From the NCBI GenBank assembly GCA_013239625.1, contig MU054400.1:293146-357145 (forward strand): a stretch of DNA of 64,000 bases. The letters are read 5' to 3'. Numbering within the stretch: position 1 is the first letter of the stretch; the number at the start of each line of letters is the position of its first letter. Positions 11,261 through 22,538 of the stretch are shown here, one piece after another. Made by a program: the position numbers and the translations under genes. The notes beneath the pieces are model-generated. The model searched no databases. It was given only the letters and a program-made list of their open reading frames with translations, and was not told where the DNA came from. This DNA comes from Lama guanicoe (taxonomy: Eukaryota).

Positions 11261-11266
11261 AATAAA
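11261..11266 (+). terminator. Candidate distal polyadenylation signal
   Basis: Last AATAAA of the AT-rich UTR-like block. Confidence 0.45.
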
Positions 11267-11939
11267 GGATTGAATTCCATTTAGCTTCTTGTCCAGATAA
11301 CATAAAAATCATGTAAACACCACTGAGCCAGAGGTCATGTCTTTGATTTCTTACTGCCTACACCATCCTCACTACATAGACACCACCCCCCATCCCCCCC
11401 ACACACAAAGTTTATGTAAAATGCTGTTCAGATACTCATACAAACAGCTGGGCACTGATATTAGATCTCCACGGTCATTGGCAAGTTATTCTCGGGCCTG
11501 ACCCTTGTTAGAAACATTTTTTCCATTTATTCCTCCTCCTGACCCCACATAAGAGCCTGCAGACTTGGTATCCTCAATGACAGAATGAGGCATGGTATGC
11601 TTTATCCATGATAAGGTACAGAGTTACAGAAGGACATAAAGCGATCGAAACATCTCTTGTGCTGCTTTTTTGACAAATCTATCCCTAGGAAGTTAAATAT
11701 AACAAATATTTCACAATTAATCACCATCTTATTCTTCATGGTAATGAACTATTGAATGTGAGACAGCTCTTCACTCTGAGACAAGAATATATTTGTTTAG
11801 AAGAATTACACTTTTGAAAATTACTGGACTGTAATTCAACATGAAAAGTACAGACAGTTACCTCCTATATAAGTCATGAGACCACGAGACCAACTCACAA
11901 AACCCAGCTGTCCCCATGCTCTTCCTCCCACCTCCCTTC

Positions 11940-12310
11940 CCCTACAGCAGCTTCTTGGCTGTTCCCTGATTCTGCCCTGCGGCTGGATCCACCCCAACTA
12001 TTTTCTCTGCCTCTAATGTCCACCCTGTCTTTGCCCCTCTGCTGCTTAATGCCCTAACATCCTTCAAGGGACAGCTGCCACATCGTCCACAATCTCCCAG
12101 ATTTTCCCACTCAGAACTAATACTTCTGTTGTTCTCTGGTCTGACAACACTTCCACCATTATCACTGCACATATTAGTTGAGTGTGTGTCTATTTCTCCA
12201 ACTACAGTGTGAGCTTCTGGAGGGCAGGAGCCACATTTTATACAACTTTCCACTCTACTCTCCCCCCAGCACATACACATGCTCTGCCTTGCTCAGTGAA
12301 GACTCTCAAT
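11940..12310 (+). mobile_element. L2 3' fragment
   Basis: actacagtgtgagcttctggagggcagg...ctctcaata. Confidence 0.6.
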
Positions 12311-14316
12311 AGCTCCATTTGTGTCACTCTCAGAGCCTACATCCCCTTTCTGGCAGGAAAAAACAACAACTCTACCTTGTTGATTTGAATCAGATCAAAC
12401 TGAATACAGTCAACAACAATGTGGGTTAAAATCGGCTTCCATGGGTTGGGACTCTAACTTTTATTCAGCATATTGTTTCTTTGGGGAAACCACATCTTAC
12501 ATAACAAGGAGAAGAAAGAGATAAACCTTTCCAGAACAATTTCCCCTCCCTCCACGATGGACTTGACTCCCACTGCCTGCCTCCCTCCATGAGTCGGAGG
12601 CCGTACTGTACATGTGACAAGAACTGGGGTTCTAAGACGCATTTGATAACTGAGCTTTTGAATTCCTGACCAGAAAGAAGGTGAATCAATGTACTTCGGT
12701 TAATCCTGTAAGTAGGTCAACAAAATATAATTCCAGCATTGACTATTGTCCCTCAATTATGCTTCCATCCGATAGTTCTTAACGGGACTGTCAAGGCCAT
12801 TTGGGCATTCTCTCGGGCCAGTCTGACGGTACCGAGGTGTGGACCCTCATCCCCACCTCTCCTGAAGTTTCCATTCTCCATTAAGACTGTGAGATGCTCA
12901 GAGACTGTGGTTTGTGGTTTAGAGAAGGCCCAGTTTGTTCTGGAACCAGATGATGACATTGTTCAGCAATTCCCCTGAGCAGTATTTGAAGCTAGTCTTA
13001 ACAACTTCTGACCTACATAATTTGCCATGTGAATTTCCCAAATTATCTGACTGGCTAAAAGTGGGATTTAACTTGAGACATACTTTTTCTTGACCATGTG
13101 AATATCATGTTGCTGTTCTAACACCAGCAAGAGAACCTCCTTTGAATATGGGGGGTGGGGTGCATAGCAAAGGGAGAGCACGTCTGCACAGAATGTCAGC
13201 ACAGGGAGACAGGCCAACGATCCCTGACTAAGCCCATCACTGCTGTGGCATCCACCGCCTTGACACCACCACGTCTCATCTCTAACAGCAGCAAATGCTA
13301 GAAAATGTACTAGAGGATACACCAAACAGAAATGTTTTAAAAACATAAAGAGTAAAAGGAAATGCTAGAGAATTCTGATACATTTTTAAATGGCTAAGAA
13401 AAGAAATATGCACACTTAATTTAAGAGTGTATTCTAATAAGGGCAAAATATAGCTCAAAGTATCCTGCTGGGCAGAGTTAAAAGGAATATAAAATAGTGT
13501 CCAAAAAATAAGATCAAACTGGTTAAAAAGTTACCCAATAGTAGACTAAAAAGAATAAGAAAAACTAGGAAGTTAAAGGATAAAGTGATAAATGATAAAG
13601 GATAAAGTGAATACTATTAGCAAAAGTATTAGAAATGTAAAGATAGTAAAATTAAATAATTTTAAATTTGTAAGTCAAGCCAATATGTCCCACTGAAAGA
13701 AGAGTGGGGTTTCAGATGAGAGCAGTTACACCGAGGCCAGGACTAAGAGCCCAGCAACATGTGCTCAGGTGAGGCAAGGACAGGCAAGGAACAGGGCTGG
13801 GCTCACTCCTCCTCCCAGACAGGATTCCCCCAAAACAGGTGGCAAAAATACAGAGCCCAGAACCGCCACTCCCCCAAAGCCTGAGGCCCCTCCAAAACTC
13901 AACGCTCACTCTCCTAGCACTAGAATAGAGGCCAGCAGCAAGCACGTTTAGGGGCAATGGGCAATACGGTCCTGTGGCCATCCTTTTGGGGGGAAGAGTC
14001 ACTGATATGCTCTTGTTAGCCTCGCCTGGTCCCTGTCCTCCTCACCTCCCCTTTCCACAAGCCAGCCCAGCCCAGTGTCCATTCCTTCACTCCACGAGCC
14101 CTGGTTAAGGGGTGGGTATGAGTCGGGATCTGTGCTGGCTCTGGGACGCAGCAGTGGACAGGCCAAGCTCGTGTCTTCATGGCGCTCACTGCCTAGCTGG
14201 GAGGCTGGTGAGTAAAAATGATGATGTCAAGGACTGACACAAGTATGTTACAGCAGCACTTGGCAGGAGCACCTAACCCTCACCTTGGTAGGAGAGGAGA
14301 GTAAGCAAGAAAGGTG

Positions 14317-15149
14317 TGTAAAAGGATCCTACACCCAATTCCAATGTGTGTGTGGTTGAGGGGGGTGGTCCTCCACACATACGAGCAAGTCTCCAACACC
14401 AGCTGGGTGTCCTACAATTCAATGCAATTCTGACACTATCTACCCAGAGATAGCATTAGATTCCATAGATGAAGGGCTCAGTCCTACAAGAATGCCCCCA
14501 TCTCCACTTTAGATGCCAGTCACAAGCCCAGGTTGTCACTTGTCCTTCTGACCAACTGACTGCAGATTGGAGTTTCCAATGACCCCCCTACCTCCTTGAA
14601 TCCAATTAATTTGCTAGAGAGGCTCACAGACCTCAGAGGAACATTTCACTTAGTAAATTACCGGTTTTTTATAAATGGATATAACTCAGAACAGCCAGAT
14701 AGAAGACTTGCATAGGGCAAGGTATGGGGAAAGGGTGTGGGGCGTCCATGATCTCTCAGAGAGTACCACTCTCCCAGAATCTCCACATGTTCATGACCTG
14801 GAAGCTCTCCAGACCCTGCCCTTTGGTTTTTTATGGAGGCTTCATCACTTAGGCATGATTAACTAAATTATTGGCCACTGGTGACTAAACCCAATCTCCA
14901 GTCGCTCTCCCCTCCCTGGAGGTCAGGGGGTGGGACTGAAATTTCCAACTCTCTAATCACATGATTCGTTCCCCTGGCAACCAGCCCCCATCCTTAGATG
15001 ACCTAGGGACCTTCCAAAAGTCACCTCATTAACATAACAAAAAGCCATTATAGTGCTGTTGCTTAGGACTTTCCAAGGGTTTTAGGAGCTGTATGCCAGA
15101 AATAGGATGAAGACCAAATACGTTTCTTATTATAAATCACAGTATCACT
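14317..15149 (-). mobile_element. MER21-family solo LTR inserted in an antisense L2
   Basis: Reverse complement begins gtgatactgtgatttataataagaaacgtatttggtcttcatcc...gctcctaaaacccttgg, as in MER21; L2 sequence resumes on both flanks. Confidence 0.8.
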
Positions 15150-15243
15150 GTCACAGAGGGAAGATGTCTGACAGGGGACTTGAAGAAAGAATAGGAGGTA
15201 GCTGACTAAAGAAAAGGGGGAAAGAGTGCTCTCAGCAAAAAGC

Positions 15244-15270
15244 AAAAAAAAAAAAAANNNNNNNNNNNNN

Positions 15271-15304
<34 letters not shown>
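15244..15304. other. Poly(A) run containing a 13-N assembly gap (15258-15270)
   Basis: A14-N13-A34 seen directly. Confidence 0.98.
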
Positions 15305-15306
<2 letters not shown>

Positions 15307-15636
15307 CGAAACAAACAGTACATATGAAGATCAAGAGGGAATAAAGAGAATGACACATGTTTATTTCGAGAAATGCAAAAGATCATCAGGAGATGACATC
15401 TGGAGAAGAGGCCAGGTAGGGAGGGCTCTCTCCTCACCTACATTAAGGCTTTGCTGGCCCCAGAGACCCCGTGCTGGACTGTCAGTGATAGACGAAAGCC
15501 CAACTCTAAGAAAATCCCATAAGAAGCCCTGGCCAGCCTGCTTGTCTCCAGCACAACATAAGAAAGGAAGATTAAACTCATCTTGACCAGAGCTTGCAGA
15601 TTTAACTAAATTCTACTCTAAGAAGCATTAATTCAA

Positions 15637-16368
15637 TTGGTGTAGCCACTATGGAGGACAGTATGGAGGTTTCTTAAAAAACTGAAAATAGACTTACCAT
15701 GTGATCCAGCAATCCCACTCCTGGGCATATACCCAGAGAAAAATAAAATTCAAAAAGACATATGTACCCCAATGTTCACAGCAGCACTATTTACAATAGC
15801 CAAGACATAGAAACAACCCAAATGTCCATCAACAGATGACTGGATAAAGACGATGTGGTACCTATATACAATGGAACACTACTCAGCCATAAAAAGAATA
15901 AAATAATCCCATTTGCAGCAACATGGATGGACCTGAAGATCATCATTCTAACTGAAGTGGGCCAGAAAAAGAAAGAAAAATGACATATGATATCACTTAT
16001 ATGCGAAATCTAAATAAATAAATTAAATAAGGACACAAATGAACTACTTATTATTTATAACTTAGATAATTGATTCTTGAATATGTGTAAGCACAATTTG
16101 ACTGTCCTTTATGACTGGATTATCACATTCTGTTGATTCTTATTTTGTGGTTGGCTATATATTCTTTTGACAACTACATAAGTTTGAAAAGCTAAAGCTT
16201 TAATCTGTTCTTAGAAACAATGATCAGTACACATATGTAAAGTAAAAAAAATGTGCAGTATATTGTATATATGTATTTACATGCAATATAATGTATATGT
16301 GCAGTCAAACTAATAATTCTACCTAATAAAGCTGAAAAAGGGTGGGGGAGAAGATAATCTGAAAGAAA
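15637..16368 (+). mobile_element. 5'-truncated L1 (ORF2 C-terminus and start of 3' UTR) with atypical tail and 17-bp TSD
   Basis: Translates to [30 protein letters not shown] with in-frame stops nearby; flanks aagaagcattaattcaa 15620-15636 and aagaagaattaattcaa 16369-16385. Confidence 0.88.
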
Positions 16369-17595
16369 AAGAAGAATTAATTCAACAAGCAGCTGTTTGG
16401 TTTTGTTGAGATTCAGGGGTGAGGTTCCTTTCCACTTAGGGATAAATAACTAATCAGACTAAGCAGTCCCTCTTTCCAAACTGTTGTCTTGCTGTTGCAT
16501 GGACTAGAATAACTTGCAGCCCTTAAACGAAAATATCTGATATAAACCCAGCTTCTAAACCCACCATCTCTGTGATACTTATTAATACACACAGATTGAC
16601 AGATAGGAAAATGTTCTTCCACCACGGAGAAGTCAACAATAATTACAACATTAACCAGATTTACATCTCTATGCTCAACATTTTCTGTGCCTGAAAATGT
16701 CTCTAATTTCTCCCTTACGTTAGCTACCTGGAACTCAGGTCCCTTGTACCTCCCGGCACAGACACATCTATCATACTTAAAGAGCGTCCCACCGAATGTT
16801 GGTCTCCTGAGAAGCAAATATATGTTACATAATAAAAGGTTTCAGCAGTCAGATAAGTTTCAGAATTGCTGGGTTAAACCAAGATAAACAGGTAATTTTT
16901 ACTGCCTGTGTCCCCAACACTCGGAGTGGGACCTAGTCCAGAGTAGGCGCTAAATCTGTATTTACTGAATAAGGGAACGTGGGATTCCACAGAGCCACTG
17001 ACTCATGTGGTCTGTAACATGCGGGAAGGAGACTGAGTGTGCATTTCCATGGGGCTTCCCTTGGGACTAGCATTCAATGAAACATACTTTGTGAAATCTT
17101 GCCCTAATCCCTAAATCTAGAAGCACCGATCATGACTAAGAAGCCAAATTTCCAGAAATCAGAAACAATAAAGTGTCAAAGGAAAGAGGGGCGAGTCACC
17201 TAACCCCCAGAATTACCCTCGTTTTCTTGGCCCTTGCTATTCACCCATGAGCAGACTCCTGACAAACCAGCCTGCCCTCAGCAGGGAGAATTTGGGTGAA
17301 CGAATCAAAAATGGATCTGCCAGACATATTTTACCTCCAGCTGTTAACTTCCCAGCTCCCCAGGTTTGCCCAACAAGCGTTGTCTTCAACTCAGAAGTTG
17401 AACTGATCCTAGATGCCAAAAACTGGTGAGAAGTTTTTATAAGAGTTCTAAGAAGTTTTATGATGCAGAAATAATGTGTTATTTCAGCAACCTATGGGAA
17501 ACTGTAATCCCTGCCTTCTCAGTCCCACTCCGGAAGACCTTGAACCAGCATTCGCAGCTTCAACCAAGACCTGAGCAAATATCACCAAGGTCAGC

Positions 17596-17735
17596 CAGTG
17601 GGTCTCACACTCTAGCCCACATCAGAATCGCCAGCTTGTTAAAGGGCAGATTGCTGAGACCCACGCCGAGAGTTTCCAGTTTGATGGAATTTATACTTCT
17701 GAGAAATTCTCAGGTGATGCCAGTGACGCTAGTCC
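17596..17735. mobile_element. MER5-like hAT-Charlie MITE
   Basis: cacatcagaatc...cttgttaaa...cagattgctg...ctcaggtgatg. Confidence 0.65.
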
Positions 17736-19139
17736 CTGGTTGCTTCCTCATCATCACATGTGCTTTCAATTGGTTTTAAAGCCACAAGCCTGGTGTTAAC
17801 TCATGGGTCCAGCTATGGCCATGTAGCAGAATTTGGATCTAACACCTGGTGCACAATAGCCACTCAGTAAATAATTTGATTAAGTTAATGAATAATTATC
17901 TAATCCCTAAGACTGGGGTTCTACTTTGGGCAAGTGTAGACCCACCTTCCCTGAGGCACCTGGAGCCCAGTCCTTTACCCCAACTGGCTCTGCTGGGCTC
18001 ATGATCTCCTTCCTGCTTATCTCCAGACCTTTCAGGGACCATATGCCCAAAAGCCAGACCTTCTGACTAGCAACAGTAGACATGAGGGCACCAAAGTGGG
18101 ATAGGCCCTTTTTGCACCCTGAGATTTAGAATTCTGGCCTGCCTGATAAAAGCCAACTCCACCATGGTTCAGTTTGTCCCATGCATTTATTGATTCCTCT
18201 CCCTGCCAGACCACTCATCTCCCAGCAAGCTCTGGCTGAAGCATCACAGTTATGATGGATTGACAGGGCAGGTATCTGAACCAGGTTCCAAAAACAACTT
18301 TGAAATAGAGACTTAAACTAGAGATCATGGAAGCTTTCCCAATCAGCAAGAATAAGGAATGGTTAACTTTATTATTTTCTTCTGCACTATTTTAATCATG
18401 CTCTGAGTACACAGACCCCAGTGGTTAATTTCATTCTTCCCTCTCTGTGACTTTGTAAACTGTGTGGAAGAGATAATTGTACTATGGCCCTGGGAGTGCA
18501 ATATATTTAGGCTTTGATGGATGATGGGGGAAGTAAATTCCAAGAATAAAGATTTTTCTAAGAAATCCAGAAAGGGGAATTAAAATCTTGTTTATCAATA
18601 TCCCAACACTGTAATATTCTCCACAATCCTACATTATTGAGGAAGTCCAGGTAACTGTCTGTGTGTAGACACCTGATAGAAGAATGACCTGCCTGTGCTC
18701 AACCACAGCCTTCTTGCTCCTTTTCTGTTGCAGCTTCTATCGCTGTTTCCCTTGGAAACCAAAGGAGCAACTTCCTGCAAAAACATCTCTCTCCCTCCTC
18801 ACTCAACAGTCCCAAGGACTAGCAGCCTGTTTTCTCCCTCACTGAAAACATCTGATGTTGGAGGAAGGCATGCATATGGGGGCCAATACAAAATTATCAT
18901 CACACGGGGTCATACACATCATGCATTCCGTCTAGTATTCTTCCTTGGATGGTTTCATTTTTCCTCTTCATTTTAAATGATACATCACCAGTTTCTTTGC
19001 TGTGTTGTAATGATTTGTGCACACGAATCTTCTCTACTAGAACTTAGGCTATTTAAACTCTAGGAAAGACATGGGCTTCTGCTTGGCATTTCATACAGAC
19101 CCCTAGAAAAGCCCTTTGCTTGATAAACATGAGCTTAAT

Positions 19140-19520
19140 TATGTAATTATCGATTAATATGATTTTAACCCAGTGCTGAAAGTTTTAGCAGCCATCAGTG
19201 ATTCTTGCCTGAATCGATTATTACTTTAATGTTGCTAAATATTCATTTTTCTTTTCTCATTCTACTTTTATCAGTTAGAATTCTACCTTAAGAAAGAACT
19301 TTTCCTTCTCCTCCATTTACTTGTTCACTTATTTGTTTATAAATGAGTATGAGCTCATTGGTTTTTATTTTATGCAATGAGTTACAATCTGTTACTATCA
19401 GTTTTTAATGATCATATTGCCCCAGATTTAGCCCAGGGGAACTTCTTCAAGCTTTTTCCTGTGTCCCTTTGACATGTCTCCAATTTGCTTTAAACATTAC
19501 TCTCTGTCACAAGATGTTTG
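19140..19520 (-). mobile_element. L1MC-type 3' UTR, inverted segment
   Basis: Reverse complement contains ggagacatgtcaaagggacacagg and gattcaggcaagaatca. Confidence 0.7.
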
Positions 19521-20225
19521 CATAAGATCCTTAATAATTACAAAAAGAAAACAGTAACTTTACAGTAGATCAGCCTGGTAAACACCACCGTAACCGAGTG
19601 ATCAAAGTTCCTATCACTAGTAGTGGTGCCTCCTGTTGTTGTACAGTAAGGGCACATCACTGATGGTATTTCTGCCAAAAAATGAATAACTGCAATCCAA
19701 TCATGAGGATCAGATTAGAAAAATCCAAATTGGGGGAAATTCTACAAAATAACTGGCCTATACTCTTCAAAAATGTCAAAATGATAAAAGACTAAGAAAT
19801 TGTCTTGATTAAAGAAGACTAGAGATATGAACAAATTGCAATGCATGATTTTGGATAGGATACTGAACCAGAGGAGGAAAAAAACTGCTATTAGATATTC
19901 CTGAGACTAATCAGCAAAATTTTAATAAAGTTTGGAGATTAGATAGCAGTATTATATCAATGTTATTTTCCTGATTTTGACAACTGTACTATATGATTAT
20001 ATAAAAGAATGTCTTTATTCTTAGAAATTTAGACACTTAAGTACTTAGAGGGAAAGGAACATGACACCTTAGTTTCAAAAGATTCAGAAGAATAAGGCAC
20101 AAATGGTAAACTGGTTGAAGGGTATATAGGAAACTGGGTGAAAAGCACATGGGCCTTTTTTGTGCTACTCTTACAACTTTTCTGTATGTTTAACATTATT
20201 TCAAAACAAAGAGTTACAAAAACTC
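19521..20225 (+). mobile_element. L1MC-type 3' UTR, direct segment to the 3' end
   Basis: cagtaactttacagt, gtgatcaaagtt, ctacaaaataactggcc, caacttttctgta. Confidence 0.75.
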
Positions 20226-20344
20226 TTGGATAAAAGTCAATACTACCATTTGTTTATTTTTATACATTTATACTCCACTACATTCTAAAAAGGATTAAAG
20301 GCAATTTATAACCCTATCTATTCAACAAGATTTTTCCAATTAAC

Positions 20345-20420
20345 TGTCTTCAGCTGAGTTCTCCTAGAAGCAGACACTGAGCCAAGAATTTGAATACAAG
20401 TAGTTTATTGGGACATGATC
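20345..20420. mobile_element. ERVL LTR16-like end fragment
   Basis: agaagcagacactgagccaagaatttgaatacaagtagtttattgg. Confidence 0.5.
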
Positions 20421-21252
20421 TTAAAAAGCATCTTGCATTGCAAGAAATGTTAAAAGAACTTCTTCAGAGAGAAGGAAAATGATCAGCATCTTGGCTGAGA
20501 ACTTAGATCTATGTAAAGGAACTTGGATCTGCATTATAAAATAAAGAACATTAGAGCAGGAATAAGTGAAGATAAAAATTTTAATTTTTCTTACTCTTAC
20601 TTGATCTAACAAATAGAAATGTTTGAAATAATAATAAAAACTATGCATTCATCAATTAAAGCTTATGTATAAGTGAAATGAATGACAATTACACAAAGGA
20701 CAGGAAAGAGGAATTAGGAATATTTTGTTATGAGACATTTGCACTGCTGGTAAAGTGGTATAGTGTTATTTGAAAGTGGACATGGATAAGTTGCAAATGT
20801 ATATTACAAACTCCAGGGTAACCACTTAAAATTTTTTAAAAAAAATATTATCAGTATGCTATTGAGAGAAAGGAGAAAAAAAACAGAATCATAAAATGCT
20901 CAATTAAAACCACAAATGACAGAAAAAGAGTTGAAAACAAAATTAGGGGAAAGGAACAAATAGAAAACAGTAACAAATGTGGAAGATATTAATCTAAATG
21001 TATCAATAACCACTTTAAACAATGACCTAAATACACCAGTTAAAAAACAGAGATTATCAAAATGGGTCAAAAAACAAGACCCAACTATATGTTGTCTATA
21101 AAAAAGTTATATCAAATATAAAGTAGATTAAAAGTAAAGGGGTGGAGAAACATGTATCATGCTTACATTAATAAAAAGAAAGCTGGGGTAGCTATATTTA
21201 TTTCAGACAGAGGAGACTTGGAAACGAAGAAAATTATCAGAGTTAAAGAGAA

Positions 21253-21612
21253 TGCTGTGGACTGAACTGTGTCCCCCCAAAATTCATATTTTTGAAGCCC
21301 TAACATGGCTGTATTTGGAGATGGGGCATATAAGGAGATAATTAAGTTAAATGAGGCCATAAGGGTAGGACCTTGATAGGATTAGTGTCCTTCTTAAAAT
21401 TGATGCTAAAGAACTTCTTTCTCTTTTCCAAGTATGCTCAAAGAAGAGGGTGTGTGAGCTCCGAGAGAGATGACAGCCACCTACAATCCAGGGAGAGAAG
21501 CCTCACCAGAAACTGACCATGCAGGCTTCAGAACTGTGAGAAAATAAACATCTGCCGTTTAAGCCAACAAGTCTATGGTATTCTGTTATGGCAGCCCATG
21601 CTAACTAAGATA
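21253..21612 (+). mobile_element. MLT1A-like (MaLR) solo LTR nested in L1
   Basis: tgctgtggactgaactgtgtccccccaaaattcata...agtctatggtattctgttatggcagccc...ctaagata; degenerate TSD gagaa/gaggg. Confidence 0.85.
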
Positions 21613-22405
21613 GAGGGGTATTACATAAAGGGGTCAATTCTCCAAGAAGAATAACAATCCTTAGCGTGGATCCACCTAACAACATTATGTCAAAATACAG
21701 GAATCCAAAACTAACAGAACTGCAAGGAGAAACAAATAAACCCACTACTATAGTTGGAGACTTCAGTACCCCTCTGTCAGAAATGGACAGAGCCAGTGGG
21801 CATAAAATCAGTGAGGACATACCTGAACTCAACAACATCATCTACCAACTGGACATCATTGACGTCTATAGTCTACTTCATCCAATAATAGCAGAACACA
21901 CATTCATCTCAAGCTCACATAGAACATACATACATCAAGATATACCACATTCTGGACCATAAAACACACCTTAACAAATTTAAAAGAACAGAAATCATAT
22001 AATGTAGGCTCTCAAACCACAATGGAATTAAACTAGAAGTCAATGAGTAGATAGCCAGAAAATCCCAAAATACATGGAGATGAAACAACGTATTTCTAAA
22101 TAACACATGAGCCAAAGAAGAAATCTCAAGAGAAGATTTAAAATATTTGGAACTAAGAGAAAATAAAAGCACAACTTACCAAAATTTGTGGGATGCAGTG
22201 AAAGCAGTGCTTTGAGGGAAATGTACAGAATTCAATGTGTATACTGGAAAAGAAGATCTAAAATCAGTAATCGAAGCTTATACCTTTGTAACTAGAAATG
22301 GAACAGCAAATTAAATACAAAATAGGCAGAAGAAAATAAATGATAAAAATTAGAGCAGAAATCAATGGATTTAAAAACAAGAAATCAATAAAGAAAATGA
22401 AACCT

Positions 22406-22538
22406 GGGGGAAGGATATAGCTTAAGTGATAGAGTACATGCTTAGCATGCACGAGGTCCTGGGTTCATTCCCCAGTACCTCCTCCAAAAAGTAAATGAAT
22501 AAGTAAACCTAATTACCCCCCCAAAAAATAAATAAAAT
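22406..22538 (+). mobile_element. Camelid-type tRNA-derived SINE (Vic-1-like)
   Basis: A/B-box head, gcatgcacgaggtcctgggttc, A-rich tail; TSD aaaatgaaacc at 22394-22404 and 22539-22549. Confidence 0.9.

Larger units (their letters stand above)
6993..11290 (+). other. TMEM215: Putative long 3' UTR of TMEM215 (end uncertain)
   Basis: AT-rich, repeat-poor sequence after the stop codon with AATAAA at 7612, 8887, 9121, 9547, 10350 and 11261. Confidence 0.55.

Noticed and set aside
13574..13610. 15-bp direct repeat taaaggataaagtga x2
   Set aside because: Small slippage duplication in A-rich, probably L1-derived sequence
16413..16817. 134-aa minus-strand ORF
   Set aside because: No recognisable homology or exon structure
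22406..22480. tRNA-like A/B boxes here and at the five other SINE heads
   Set aside because: SINE heads with tails and TSDs, not intact cloverleaf tRNA genes
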